DNA of 63,993 nt, counting the filler, from Gonapodya sp. JEL0774 (taxonomy: Eukaryota), in assembly GCA_027604505.1 (NCBI GenBank). It is 3 parts of 3 records of this genome, joined end to end, with 100 filler letters (N's around TTAATTAATTAA, not from the genome) between each part and the next. Parts side by side here need not be neighbours in the genome. Positions count along the whole stretch, not along the records: positions 49,350 to 63,993 come from JADIIX010000309.1; 2 more parts are not named here. The stretch is one strand, 5' to 3'. A program made the translations under genes and the position numbers. The first letter of the stretch is position 1. Every line of letters begins with the position of its first letter. The notes below the pieces were generated by a model that was not told the origin of the DNA, ran no database searches, and saw only the letters and a program-made list of their open reading frames with translations. Positions 51,309 through 63,993 of the stretch are shown piece after piece.

Positions 51309-54300
51309 ATGGCGGATGATGACGATGCTCGCAGTGACGCGGTCAACGTGAGCGCAGACACAGGGCGGAGCGTGGGACGAGGGGCCACACGGGGTCGGAG
51401 TCATCAAGGGGCGACCCCGCGGGGAGGCCAGGCTCGAGGCGCAGGCAGAGGCGGCGAGGGTGATAACAGAGGGCGAGGGAGGGGAAATACTCTGCAGGGA
51501 AGAGGGGGGAATGAACGGGGTGGTGGTGGAAGAGGTGATACCAGTAACTACAGAGGCGGCCGAGGGTCGGACCCCAGAGGGCGTGGAGACGGTCGTGGCG
51601 GAGGACACGACAATGGCCATGGTCGAGGTTACTTAGGAGGAGGCGGAGATCGCGGTGGAAGAGGGGCTGGAGGTGGGTCATTGGCCTCGCGCGGTCGTGG
51701 CCGTGGGGCCGACGGCACAGGTGGACAGCCGTGGCGCGGGTACAGCGGACGCGGCGGGGGTCGTGGGGCGGGTCTCGGCCCTAGCGGTGCCGGTGTGAGA
51801 GGCACCGACGCTGTGCACAGGTTCATTAAGCTGATGCGGTACGCCGGGCACAACATCGCGCGCACCATTGAGAGCAGCCGGGCGGAGTGGAATACGTGCT
51901 GGATGCACGCGCGCCACCTCTCCCCAGACGAGTTGCGCTCGCTGTTGACCGCCGTCGCAACCATTCCTTACTCTGCCCATGTCGAGGCGCCACCCCTGGC
52001 GGGACTGAGTGAGGCATTTGATGTCTTTAACTCGCAGACACAGAGTGTGCGCAAGTCTGATCCGACCGGTGCAATGGGGCAGGTTGAAATTGTATTCAAC
52101 GCAGTGCGGGTGAGTTCCTTTCATTTTGTGCCGAATGTCAGGAATAAGAATACAGATTGCGTATTATTGCTAGACACTGAGAACGTTCTCGTGGGATGCT
52201 GACGGAGATCAAGTCCGGCAGTGCTTGAGCAACGCTCTGGACGAAGCCTCCTCGGCACTGAAATCTTCCATCCCCGGTGAGTCCAGGTTCCTCGATCTCC
52301 ACAATTTGTTTCCCAACTGACTAGTTGTTCTGCCTCACCGAACCCTCACCCGTACACTAGATCACCGGATCCTTCAGGAGAAAATCAACGGGGAGCTCCA
52401 ACACCTCGAACGCCCGTGGTCCATCAAGACCATATCCAAAGACGCCGAGGAGGTTGTCGCCGCGCAGGCATCCTCGTTTTTGGAGGCGGAGGGCACAAGC
52501 AAAGCCCTCATTGCCGCCTCCAGGTGGAAAGACGCCAACGTCGGGTGGCTGTCCGACAGCCGATGGTTCCAGCCACCGTGCCTGCCCATCTTCCACGTGC
52601 CGGGTACCAAAACGGACGGCTTCTACAAGTCGCCCGAGGAATACTTTGAGACGGTGCTTCCTGTGTGGACGGGCCTCATGTTTCAGGATGGCAACAGCGC
52701 ACTGATCCCCAAATGCAAGTGGAAGGACGCGGCGTCTGGGAAGGATTGCGGGCATGTCCTGTGGCCCGTGGAAGAGCACGTACGTCGAGGACGTTGTCGC
52801 ACGAGGGGATGCGAGAACAGCTGCTCTGCTGTGTGCAGCAACCCGCACCACAACTCCGGCCTCTGTACGCCGTGCGCCGATAAGGTACGCGAGCAGCTCC
52901 GCGGACCACCAGGGCCGGGAGCGTCTACTCATTTGTATGATGGGACTGTGAACAGACTGGACCATGACGATCAGGTGTGGCTCGTGGGAATTGCGAGCCG
53001 GCGACCCCCACAGCAACCTATCCATTGGAAAACAACGGCGCGGCTCGCATCGCCCAATTTGGTCGGCGTTGTCAAGGTCGCGTACACAGGAGCGGGGCTG
53101 AGGATGTCCGATCGCATTTTTTGGGCGGAGGTGAAGCAGCACTCATATTCAGGACAGCCCGAGTTTGAGTACCGAGAGAGGGGCCAGCTTGTTGTCGCGT
53201 TAATCCACCAGGACGGGTCGGCGGAGAAGTACTTCCGGAAGGGGGACACTGTGGTGGTGATCGACTGCCTCACTTTCGCGCCAGAGTTCGTGCCCGTGCT
53301 GAATGCGGTGGAGAAACTGCGTCTCTTTTCTGTGCCGTTTCGCAACGGCGCTCTGCTGCATATGGCGGCCGGGTTGGCGGAGTCTACCGAGGAAGAACCG
53401 GTCTCGGATCAAGTTCGGGGCGCCGAAGTGCTTCAACTCGACGTGTCCGATGACGACATGGAGCAGCGAGTGGTGCAGATGCTTCGTGATTCTCAGTTGA
53501 TTCCGATCGTGCATATCAGAAGGTGAGTCATTGAGAGCTTGGGTGTGACGGAATTGAGATTTGAGATGAAAATGTCGGGTTATAGCAATTCCAGATGTCT
53601 TGCTGATCTCAAGACAAGACTTACTGCCCTTCTGAAATCCGCCACATTGGACGAGAAACAGCTGGATGCGTTTATTCAAGGATTTATCCATCCCGTCCAT
53701 CTCACGCAAGGGCCTCCGGGGACGGGCAAGTCCTACCTTGGCGTGGTGATGGTTCGAGCGCTACTGATTGTCAGAGAGCTCTGGATCGCCTCCGACCCAT
53801 CGGTTGGCCAGCCACCGATCCTCGTCCTCTCATACAAAAACCACGCTATCGACGAGTTCATGAAAGATTTGGTGACTATGGAGGCGAGCATTAAACAGTT
53901 TCCGTTTAGGCGCGGAAACATCAACAGCGTTGTTCGTATTGGATCTGGGAGTAAAGACCCAATCTTGCAGCCTTACACTGAAGGGCAGATGAAAATGACG
54001 ACGCCGCAGGTTACTGAGGCGCGAAGGAACCTGCTCGCTCGGCACGGACAATTGAAGGAGTACAGCGCCGCACGTGAGAGATTGAACGGATTTATTGAAC
54101 TAAAGATTGACATGTTAGCCGCAGAGGACGAGAAGGTCAGTCGACAAGCTTCGTACAAACTTGCGCAGTTTCTTGGAAGTTCGATTGCGCTTCTGAATGT
54201 GATGAAGGAAAGAGTCGAAGATGCCGCCTGGAAGCGCATGGTCGAGCTTGCTTCAAAGGGAGCCTTGCTTGGTGACTCGATCAGCGAGACAAACTTCTGG

Positions 54301-57300
54301 CGCAAGGGCAAAGACACAGAGGATGATCAATTGAGCGAAGAGGGAGTTGACCTTTTGTGGACAACCCCGCTTGAAGGTCAAATATCCAAGGCTGAAAATT
54401 CACGCTTGAGTGGTATTTTGGGCCAACTGTACCAATCTATTCGACATATGGAGCTGCGTGACGGAGCGTGGCACCCGCAAGAGGTCCTTTGGAAGTGGGT
54501 TGGTGGATTCCAGCCTCGCCCACAGGTAAGAGGATTTATCTGCGAAGGCTTTTGATGCATTTTTTTTATCTTTGAACGTGAGTCTTTAGTGCTCCTATTC
54601 AACAACTAGCGTCGATGGTGGGTCGCTGAGGTGCATTAATTCCGCTGATCGCGATGGTATTCTTTGTCGATTGCACCGGTGTCAATTTATCGAAATTATG
54701 GATGAAGTTAGGATATTTTGCTCTCATCCGGTTGGCGAATGGGGTGGCCCCTGCTGCGACGTTCACACGTGCTCAGCGCGAACCGTCGAGCCTCCTTTCC
54801 GATGCATCTATCCTCTGCGGCCAAACAAGGGGAGGGCGATGGTTCCATTCTGCGAGGACCATGGTTGTCGAATATGTGTAGCTGAATGGATCGACACGAA
54901 TCCTGAGGCAGTGCTGTTGGCCGTTGATGCTCCGCCTCGAAATGTATGTGAGGAGCATCCGCTCTGCAGCGCGGTTGACAAATCCGCCAAGAGTCTTTGC
55001 AACAATCTCGCTGGACCAGCTGGATACTGCGAGAGACATGTACCCGTACGGTGTGTTTCGAAAACGAGAAGGGGAGGCATGTGCAAGGGCCGCGGGGAAT
55101 CCGCCGAATTTCCCTTTTGCTTAAATCATGCAAACAACGCACCAAGCACCCATAAACAGGCAGTCCAGCCACGAGAGGTACCACCGAAGCCTTCCTTTGG
55201 ACTCGAGGAGTTTGAAATACCCATTGATTATGCAGATGATGATGATGGTGCCCCGATTTTCGACAATGGAAACTCCTCAGAGTTGGTTAAGGATGATGAG
55301 TGGGATATTGTGGCAGACCTTACACCCGAGACAAAGACGATCAGTACTACCGAACCACGCAGATTTGAGAATACGAGACCATCAAATGTGCTTGATTCGG
55401 TTGGACATACAGTGTCAAGCAAGGGACTACAGGGTGAAGTTGCACCAAAGCCTGAAGATGATGTCCCATCTGCTGAGACTCATTCGGCCACCTCCGACGA
55501 TTCAGACGTGGGTGATATCCAAGTTGCAACGGACAATGTCGACGAGGTGGAAGTTGAGATGGAAGATGAAGAGCCAGAGGCAGTTCAGCACATGAGAGAT
55601 GTCTTTGGCATTGAGAGCGATGATGATGACGAATTGGAAGCACCAGTCACCTTGTCTAAGCGAGACACTGTCCACAAAGATAATCTACAGCCAATTGACG
55701 AAAAGCGTGTTCAAAGTCGCTTTGTACCGATCGATAAGTGGACATGGACAATGTCTGGTGAAGAGAGATGGCAAGCTGTTGAAGGGCTTCTCAATGTGAT
55801 TCAGTTCCTGATGGGGCGGTCCATCGATCACATCATTGGGAAAATTGAAGATGCTCAAGACCTCTATCGCGAGGCAAAGGTAAAGGCGACAGCACACGTC
55901 TATGAAGGGAAAGCCGTTATTGCCGGAACAATGGTTGGCACGATTGCACGCCTCAAGTCCATCACGGCAACGAAGCCGTTTGCGATAGTATGTGAAGAAG
56001 CATCTGAAGTCCTGGAACCACTCCTGCTCGCTTGCATGTCGCAGTACACCATCAAGTTGGAAATGATTGGGGATCACCGACAATTGAAACCAATGATAAT
56101 GCAAAAGTTTGATTTTGAGCGGGTGAACAAGATCAATATTTCCCTGTTTGAGCGATTAATCCGAGCTTCGAGTAAGGCTCAGGCTCCATCGACAGCGTTG
56201 AGCATTCAGAGGCGAATGCGAAGCAATATTGCAGACCTCACCAGAGACTTTTACGAGGATATTGTCGAGATTGTCGACCATGATATGACGAATACCAGGA
56301 AGATTGGTGGGATGGGGCGACCAACCAAGAACGAGTTGCAGTTGTTAGCTGTGTGTGAGACTCAAGGTAAATATGCAATGGAAGAATCTTATTATGCATT
56401 TGAGTTTCATGTTCCGTGATAGGCCGAGAAATACCTGGTGTTGTCCCCCACATTTTTTGGTGGTCGCACCAGGGAGTGCAAACTATTGCTTCCGTGGGAC
56501 TAAGCAAGATAAACAAGACTGAAGCTGACCTTGTCGTGAACCTGGCCGCTTATCTCCACACGTGTGGAGTGCCCAAACGTTCCATCGTGATCTTGACGCC
56601 GTACAAGGGTCAGTTAACGCTTATTCGGAAGGCATTACAGAACAAAGGTCTCCTTCCACGATTTGGACAAGGTGTACCGGCCAGCGATGGGGTTGTTTTG
56701 TCCACTGTAGATCGGTTCCAGGTGGGTTTGACACTACAACCGCCTTTCGAATTTGGTCATGAGAAAGCTGTTGTTCTCCAGGGAGACGAAGGTGACATCA
56801 CCTTGATTTCGTTGGTGACTGATGGAAAGTCCAGGACGCCTTTTGTGCAACTTGTAAACAGGATGATTGTTCTCCTTTCACGTGCACGCTTGGGGATGTT
56901 TATTGTGGGAAACACTGACTACTTTGAGAAAAATATGCCACCTCACTGGCAAAAGACTTTTGCGAAGCTTTCGACAATAGTACCGACGGATACTGAAAGA
57001 AAACATGACCTGCACCCAGAGATTATAAGCTTGGAGGCATCAGCTAGTCCCCAACCGCCCGAAGAGATTCAAGATGGAGAAGTTCCAAGCGTCCCGACTC
57101 GCATTGGAAAAGGACTGCCAATCTGTTGTCCCCAACATCGCGACAGTGCCAAGCTTGCGTATTCTTCAATCGATCTAGCGCTTGGGTTTTGCGAAATTCA
57201 ATGCACCCACACGCTTTCCTGCTCTCATACCTGTGGGAAAAAGTGTCACTATCCCAAGTTGGCCGACCACACTGTGCAATGTGCAGAAAAGGTACCTTCT

Positions 57301-60300
57301 ACCTGCCCTAAGCACCCGCGAGATCTTGTTTGCCATCAATTGATTACGGCTTCGTCGAAAGCGAGAAGCGTTAAAAGTAACACAGTTTCAGTTCAGGACG
57401 CGTTGGCCAACTATCAATGCGACGTTAAAGTGGAAGGCCTGCTTCCCTGTGGCCATCGCCGAAAATTCACATGCTACGAACTTGATCAAATCATGCAAGG
57501 CAGGTCCTCGTGGCCGCAGTGCACATTGCCTGCGGAATCTCCGTATATATACTCCTGTGGTCACTCTCTGGCTGTTTTGTGCAAGGAAAAAACGTTGTGG
57601 GACTCTACGCCTGCCCTTGCGAAGCCCTGTCAACAAAATGTGACGTATTTCCCCGCTTGTGGACATGATATTGAAGTTCCGTGCACCCTCAAGACAGCGT
57701 ATGAGATGGGGAAGTCCTCGTACACGTGTAACTACATCGTTGAAGTTTCCTTGCCCCGCTGTAGGCATACGCAGCGTATTCCTTGTGCATCTTCGCTTCA
57801 GCTTGAACGTTGGAATGGCGTTCGATGCACATCCGGTATTGTGATACAAGGCAGCCTCTATGGCCCCACAGATGCCATTTGCAAGGACAAAATTACTTTT
57901 CGCCCTCTCTGTGGGCATGAGACCATTGTTGATTGTGATAGAGCATTTGCCATGTCAGCGGCATCAGGTCTAAACTGCAAAGTTGACGTTAAGGTAGTAA
58001 ATCCTGATTGCGGACATGCTGCGACTATGGAATGTAGGAAAGCAATGGCGTTGAAGCTTGTCAACCCTAATGCAACTACAGAGCGAGTGGATGTGGTCAG
58101 CGAGTCAGACATTAATGCCGGCAAGTTCATTTCAAACAAGATTGTCTCTAACTGTACGGAATCTGTGACAGCAATTCGAAACTGCGGTCACAAGGAGGTT
58201 CTTTCCTGTTCTTCCATGCGCAAGCTTTACAGTCTGCAGCGATGTGAGCATGTAATAGAAACAAGAAGTCCTCTTTGCGGACACATCTTGGAGTCACCAT
58301 GCTACTTGGACGAAGCAATAAAACAGTACAAGCCGTGGGAAGAGGAAACTCTCAAGGATAACGCTATCTATGACAATGTGAAGGTTCCGACGCCTCCTCC
58401 CACACAAGAAATGGCGAAGCTGCTCCAATCTTGCCGAGGTCGTATCACCCTTCATCGCGCCTTATGTGGCCACGCTCATCAAGGATCGTGCGTCGATATT
58501 TTGAGAATCGTTTCAAAAAAGAAGCCCATCCCCACTTGCAAAGAGAGTGTGACAGTAGCATTGCCTTGTGGACATGAGGCTACTGAGCCATGTCACATTC
58601 AAGCCAACAAAATTCCCGTTCGCATCTGCCGCCAAAAAACACAGCGCAACTGCTGGAATCACCAGAATTGCGCGCAGGTCGTGACTGGTCAATGCTCGTT
58701 GACGGAGCTACCGACATGTGCAGAGAAGAGTATCTGGAAGTGCGCGGCCGGTACCCACACATTTGAGTCCACATTTTGTAAGATGGGAACTCCAACTGCG
58801 TGTCCATCCTGCACACAAGAGCAAGTAAAGCAATTTTCAAGTGAAGCCATCGACCTTCTGAATGAGGAAAGCGATCCGAAGGAGTACATCCAAAATCTTG
58901 AAGAGAACAATTGGGTCAGCAATATGGAGATCTTTGTTAGCAACAAACTGGCTTTCGACCCATCGCGATTTTTTGGAGCGCGTGTCAAACTTTTGGAAGA
59001 GTTTACTGTGCTATGTCAACGTATTTCTCCATGGGCTATGCCGCTATTTACACCACGAATGCATTTTGGTGAGTGGCTCTGTTCTGCAGAGTATGTGCGA
59101 TCACTCATATTAAGATATCACTATATGTTTAGCGTTTCGGTGGTATCCGCACCTGCAACCTCCACACAAGGAACTTTCGTCTAGATTGGCGATTCGAGAG
59201 CACTACCATGGCATTCAGCTGCATCTCTTTACGCCAAGCAACATCAATCACCTCGTTAAAGTGGGAAAGTCAGGAACAATGTTGTGCGGTTATGTATTCA
59301 CCTGCATGACCTCAACTCCCTCAATACTTCCTCCGACAAACCTTGGAAAAGGTGCGAAGAACAAAGGCCAGGTTGAGCAATGGGTTGCAGATCAGCGAAG
59401 GCGGGGATATGACAGCCTCTTTGTTCGCACAAAATCGGAAGAGGATCGAATTATTTGTTGGGATCCTTTTGCTGTGATTACAACACACTGCCTTTCAAAC
59501 GTTTCGGTCCAGCAGTTGAAGAATATGTGGGACCACCTTGCATCAAGCAATGACCCCGAAATGTCACTGGCAGCAGCAGACACAACATTTTATGGACCGT
59601 GCTACATTCAGCTGGCAAAACCTACGTCCGATAGTGCCACTCCCACAACAAAAGCACCCGTGGAACAGACGCTTGATTCACACACTCAGGAGTTTGACTT
59701 TGAGGGGACGCCTTTGGATGGATTGAAATTTGGAAACTGGAATGGTGTTTCTCTTGGTAACTTGAATCAGTCGTTCCAGGACAAATTAAGCAAAGTCCTC
59801 GCTTTTGTGCCAGGAAACAGAGGAGAAGCTTTTGCTGGCAAGAATGCGTTAGTAAATCAACTATCCCAACGAGAAATGCCGATCATGCGCTTGCTTCTAG
59901 CTTTGGAGCTTCATTCCCTCGGGGCTCCCCTCAAAGAATCCGCCGAAGAACTTAATAAGTACTTGAATGCAATGCAAAATGGAGCTGAACCAAACCCGCA
60001 CCCTTTGCTATTAATGGCTCTGTCACGGATCTGGTCTCCTCCCATCCCAAATGCCCTCCATGCATTCGCAACATGGTATCCAAACGCAAAACGCTGGATG
60101 ACACCAGAAGAGCGGAGTGCAGTGGACGCTGTCTCCAGTAGTGAGCAGATTGGTACACCACCGAAAGATGCTATTGCGCTCTGGAAACAACTCAAATCTG
60201 AACAAGGATGTCGCTCAAAAGCGATGGATGAATTGCTGGCTCTAACTGGGCTGAACAAAGTCAAAGTTTTTGCGGTCGAACTGTTCAAAACAGCTCTGGC

Positions 60301-63225
60301 ACTTGCCAGACTCTCAACTGAAAAGCGCAAAAAAAACCTCATTGCCTTGAACTTCATTTTCACGGGAAACCCGGGCAGCGGTAAAACAACAGTTGCCCGC
60401 CTGTTTGCAGGCATTCTCCACGACTCTGGGATGCGCAAAGCGTCCACTTTTCTCGATCTAACTGCGCAAGGGGCGAAGGATGAGGGCATTGATGAGTTCC
60501 GTAAATCACTCAAACAAGCAGAGAATGGCGTGCTGTTTGTTGACGAAGCACCAGACCTTGACCCTGGGTACGTTTAACACTTGAGCTTTGTTCCATGGTT
60601 CTAGGATTGATTCACATCTACACCATTGCTTAACTTAAAGCGGAGACTTCAAGGGCAAGCCGATTGTGAACGAACTACTCACAACGAGTGAGAACAAGCG
60701 AGACAGCATATCAATCATCCTGGCGGGGTACGAGGACGAGATGCATTCCAAACTATTCAGCTTCAACGAAGGGCTCAAATCGCGTTTCCAGCAAGTTCAG
60801 TTTGAAGATTACGACGAAAAGGAGCTTTGCACTATATTCCACAAGATGGTTTCAGACCGCGGATGGGACTGTCCGGAGGAGGCGGGAATCATAACAGCCA
60901 AACGCCTTGCAAAGCAGCGATCTTCTAAAGGGTTTGGTAACGCTCGCGCCGTACGACAAGTTGTGGAGCGGGCATGCCAAAGAGCAATGTCAAAGGGGAT
61001 ATCGGATGATAACATGACACTGACTCTGGAAGATGTTATTGGAGAGAACCCGCTTTATAACCCCAAAGTTGCACAAGTGCTCCAAAAGTTTGACTCCAAG
61101 ATCGGTTGGGACTCGGTAAAGAAGTCCGTCCGTGATTTGGTTGAGTTATGTGGAAAAAACTATCAGTTGGAGTTGGACGGAAAACCACCTTATCCAGTAT
61201 TTTTGAATCGAATGTTCCTGGGGAATCCGGGTACGGGAAAAACAACATGTGCAGAGCTTTACGGAGAACTGCTCAAGCACCTCAATTTTCTATCGATTGG
61301 AGATGTGGTGAAGAAGGTAGCGTCAGACTTTATCGGGGATGTGGTTGGCGCATCCACCAAAAAGACTGCAACTATTTTGAGCTCAGCGAAGGGAAAGTGT
61401 CTCATTATCGGTAAGAAGCAGTGCTGTTCCTGAATACCACACTGCAAGCAACGCTGTTCTTTCTGACAGATGAGGCTTATAACCTCGATGATAACCTCTA
61501 TGGAAAGCAAGCCCTTGACGTGCTCGTTGAGAAAGTTCAAAACTCCGAGACAGACGATCTCTGTGTCCTTCTGCTTGGGTATGAGCAGCCAATGCTGGAA
61601 ATGCTGCGCAAACAAAATCCTGGTTTGGCCAGACGGTTCCCAAGGGAGCACGCGTTTTGTTTCGAAGACTATGACGATCGCGCTCTGTTGAGTATCCTCA
61701 ATGGATCTGCCTCTCGGAACAATGTTACCATCCCCTCTGACGTGTCTGAGAGATTTCTGCAAGCGCTCGCAATGCAGCGCAGCATGGCCAACTTCGGAAA
61801 CGCAGGTGCAGTCAACACTCTGCTTCAAACAGCCATAGCCAAAGCTGTTGCTCGTGATGACCTGGAATACGAGGAGAGTGGGAAAATGGTTCTTGCGGTT
61901 GCGGATCTTGGTTTGCCGGATGCGGACAACGAAGATCCCTTTGCACATCTGGAGAGCTTGTACAGGATGGAGGATGTCAAGAATACCTTGCAGAATCTTC
62001 GCAATGCGTTTTTGGTTGCGCAGAGAGAAGGGACCCGGATACCAGAAGTCGGCCACTTTGTCTTCCGTGGGTCTCCAGGAACAGGCAAGACAACTGTTGC
62101 CAGGGTTATGGCGAAACTTTTGCACAAGTTTGGCTTGATTGCAACGGATCGTTTGGTCGAGACGTCAGGCCTCGATATGACAGGCCAATATGTTGGGCAA
62201 ACGAAAACAAAAGTTACTGACATGATGAACGCCGCTCGAGGATCTGTTCTTTTTATCGACGAGGTGAGTGCAGTTGTGCTCTTTGCAGTTCTTCCACCAA
62301 CTCCACTACCTTTTGAAAGGCGTACGAACTTGGAAATGGTCCTTATGGGATAGAAGCTATGACAACACTGCTGGCAGGAATGACGGATCCGACGTACAAA
62401 GGAACAGTATTTGTGGTTGCTGGCTATCCAGGTGACATGGACCAAATGCTCGATCGCAACTCAGGGCTGAAGTCCCGGTTTACCCGCTTTTTGGACTTCC
62501 CGGACTGGGATGGCGACGACTGCATTCGTTTCTTGCGCAATGTTCTGGAACAAGAATTATTTGTCGTGAAAGACGTCAGAGTCTGGCAGGCGGCGAAGAG
62601 CGGCTTCGATGAGTTGATCAGATATCCAGGCTGGGGAAATGGTCGCGATGTTGCCAAGGTCTGGAAGGAAATAAAAGGCGTCAGGTCGAATAGAATTATT
62701 GATCTTCCTCCCGAAGAGGAACCCACTATCCATCTGGTGGACGTCATTGGAGCTATCAAGCAGATTGTGAACGCTCGGAAACCGCCTGAGGGTCCAAGTG
62801 GGCGAGCCTTCGACCCGAAAGCATACGAGAATTTATTAATGCAAACCCAAGAGCAACAGAAAGAAGACCGCACGATGGAGGTCAAACTGGAAGAGGTTGT
62901 GGAGGAGAAACAGAAAGTTGAGCAGCAGGAGGAGAAACAACACGACGGGCGGGATCCAGGAGTGTCAGACAATGACTGGGCGGAACTCGAAATAGCGAAG
63001 AAGGAGCACGCAGAACACCTTCAGCGGCTAAAGAAGGAGCGTCTTGACGCCGAGCTACAAGAAGAGCTTAAGCGGCAACAGAAGATGCAACAGAGGCTGC
63101 GCCAACTGATGAATTGTCCGGCAGGTTTCCAATGGTTCCAGACTGCGAGTGGATGGCGTTGTGCTGGAGGGTCGCATTATGTCAGCAATGATGTCTTGGA
63201 GAAGCATTTTATGCGTGATGTCTGA
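51309..63225 (+). CDS. Very large ZNFX1-like protein: RGG-rich N-terminus, SF1 (Upf1-like) helicase, NF-X1-type zinc-finger array, three CbbX/SpoVK-type AAA+ modules; multi-exon
   Basis: Helicase motifs QGPPGTGKS, SYKNHAID, CEEASEV, IGDHRQLKP, SLFERL, QRRMR, LTPYKGQ, TVDRFQGDE, VLLSRAR. Repeated CGH zinc fingers. AAA Walker A GNPGSGKT, GNPGTGKT and GSPGTGKT with FVDEA/FIDE and FGNARAV/WGNGRDV. Terminal CPAGFQW...WRCAGGSH. Confidence 0.9.
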
Positions 63226-63791
63226 AAATTTTGTTCGTGTAAATAAACCGTGTTTCCTTTTTAGATTGATTGCGTATTCTGGAGACATTTGTAAGCGTTT
63301 GAGTCATGCGTTTGTGATCTGCCGCGGGGCCGATTCAACTGGTCATGTGGAGGTGTGTGGTGGTGGGGCCTTTTGCTGTCTCCCTTTCCCATGCAGGTTC
63401 ATTTTATCGCGTGCATGAGACATCTCTCCCGCACGTTGCACACATGGTCGCTATAGAGGAACACGACGTATTTGTCACCTCTTTTATTGCACACTCGCTG
63501 GCGGCCACGTCGAGATGCGGCAATGCATACTTTAGATGATTCATCCGCCTCATCAACCTTTTCGAAATCATACCATGTACCGCTATTTCCACTTGGATTG
63601 ACCCCTCGTCTTCACATCAAAATATCTCAGTTCCTATACTAGTTAGATTTGGACTAGACCAGTATGATTTGGAGGAATTGTAGACGAAAGGACTTGCTCA
63701 CGTTGTGCGTTGCATGTCTCAAGAGAATGTGCCGAATCGGATGTGCCACAGGTCTTGTGTTCCACCTTCCTCCTCACAGACATCTTTCGCC

Positions 63792-63993
63792 ATGCCGTTC
63801 GCACAGGTCATCGTGGGACCGCCCGGAAGCGGGAAGACTACATATTGCAAGGCGATGGCGCACTTTCTTGGACTAGCAGGCAGGTGAGTTCCTTTCAGAA
63901 CGAGAAAAATTCCCTGTCCCCAACCAGATGGCATCTCCCGCAATGATAAACAGGGACGTGGCTATCGTAAACCTGGATCCAGCGAATGAAAAC
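63792..63993 (+). CDS. GPN2: GPN-loop GTPase 2, 5' part
   Basis: MPFAQVIVGPPGSGKTTYC...|DVAIVNLDPANEN. Confidence 0.85.

Overview
Eukaryotic, intron-rich genomic DNA, most consistent with an early-diverging (chytrid-like) fungus; this is inferred from short GT-AG introns and fungal-type housekeeping genes. The window is three contigs joined by artificial N..TTAATTAATTAA..N linkers at about 24.7 kb and 49.3 kb. Contig 1 holds a degenerate ORF region, a cytochrome-b5 front-end fatty-acid desaturase, a secreted EEP-jacalin-2x ricin-B protein, a tandemly duplicated coiled-coil ORF, a WD40-like protein, an SDR, a bacterial-like PfkB kinase and a 2OG-Fe(II) oxygenase. Contig 2 holds AAGAB/Irc6, an intron-containing Fanzor (eukaryotic TnpB-like RNA-guided nuclease) relic, SEM1, mitochondrial S12, two serine/alanine-glyoxylate aminotransferase paralogs plus a fragment, a GT90 glycosyltransferase and TAF8. 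The Fanzor is followed by a ~140-nt non-coding element that recurs 1.6 kb downstream with a different 3' flank, which makes these candidate omegaRNA copies. Contig 3 holds a PMP47-like carrier, PAM16, a ~12-kb ZNFX1-like helicase/NF-X1/triple CbbX-AAA gene and the start of GPN2. The top finding is the Fanzor with its repeated putative guide-RNA scaffold. Exon boundaries were read by eye and no database searches were run.
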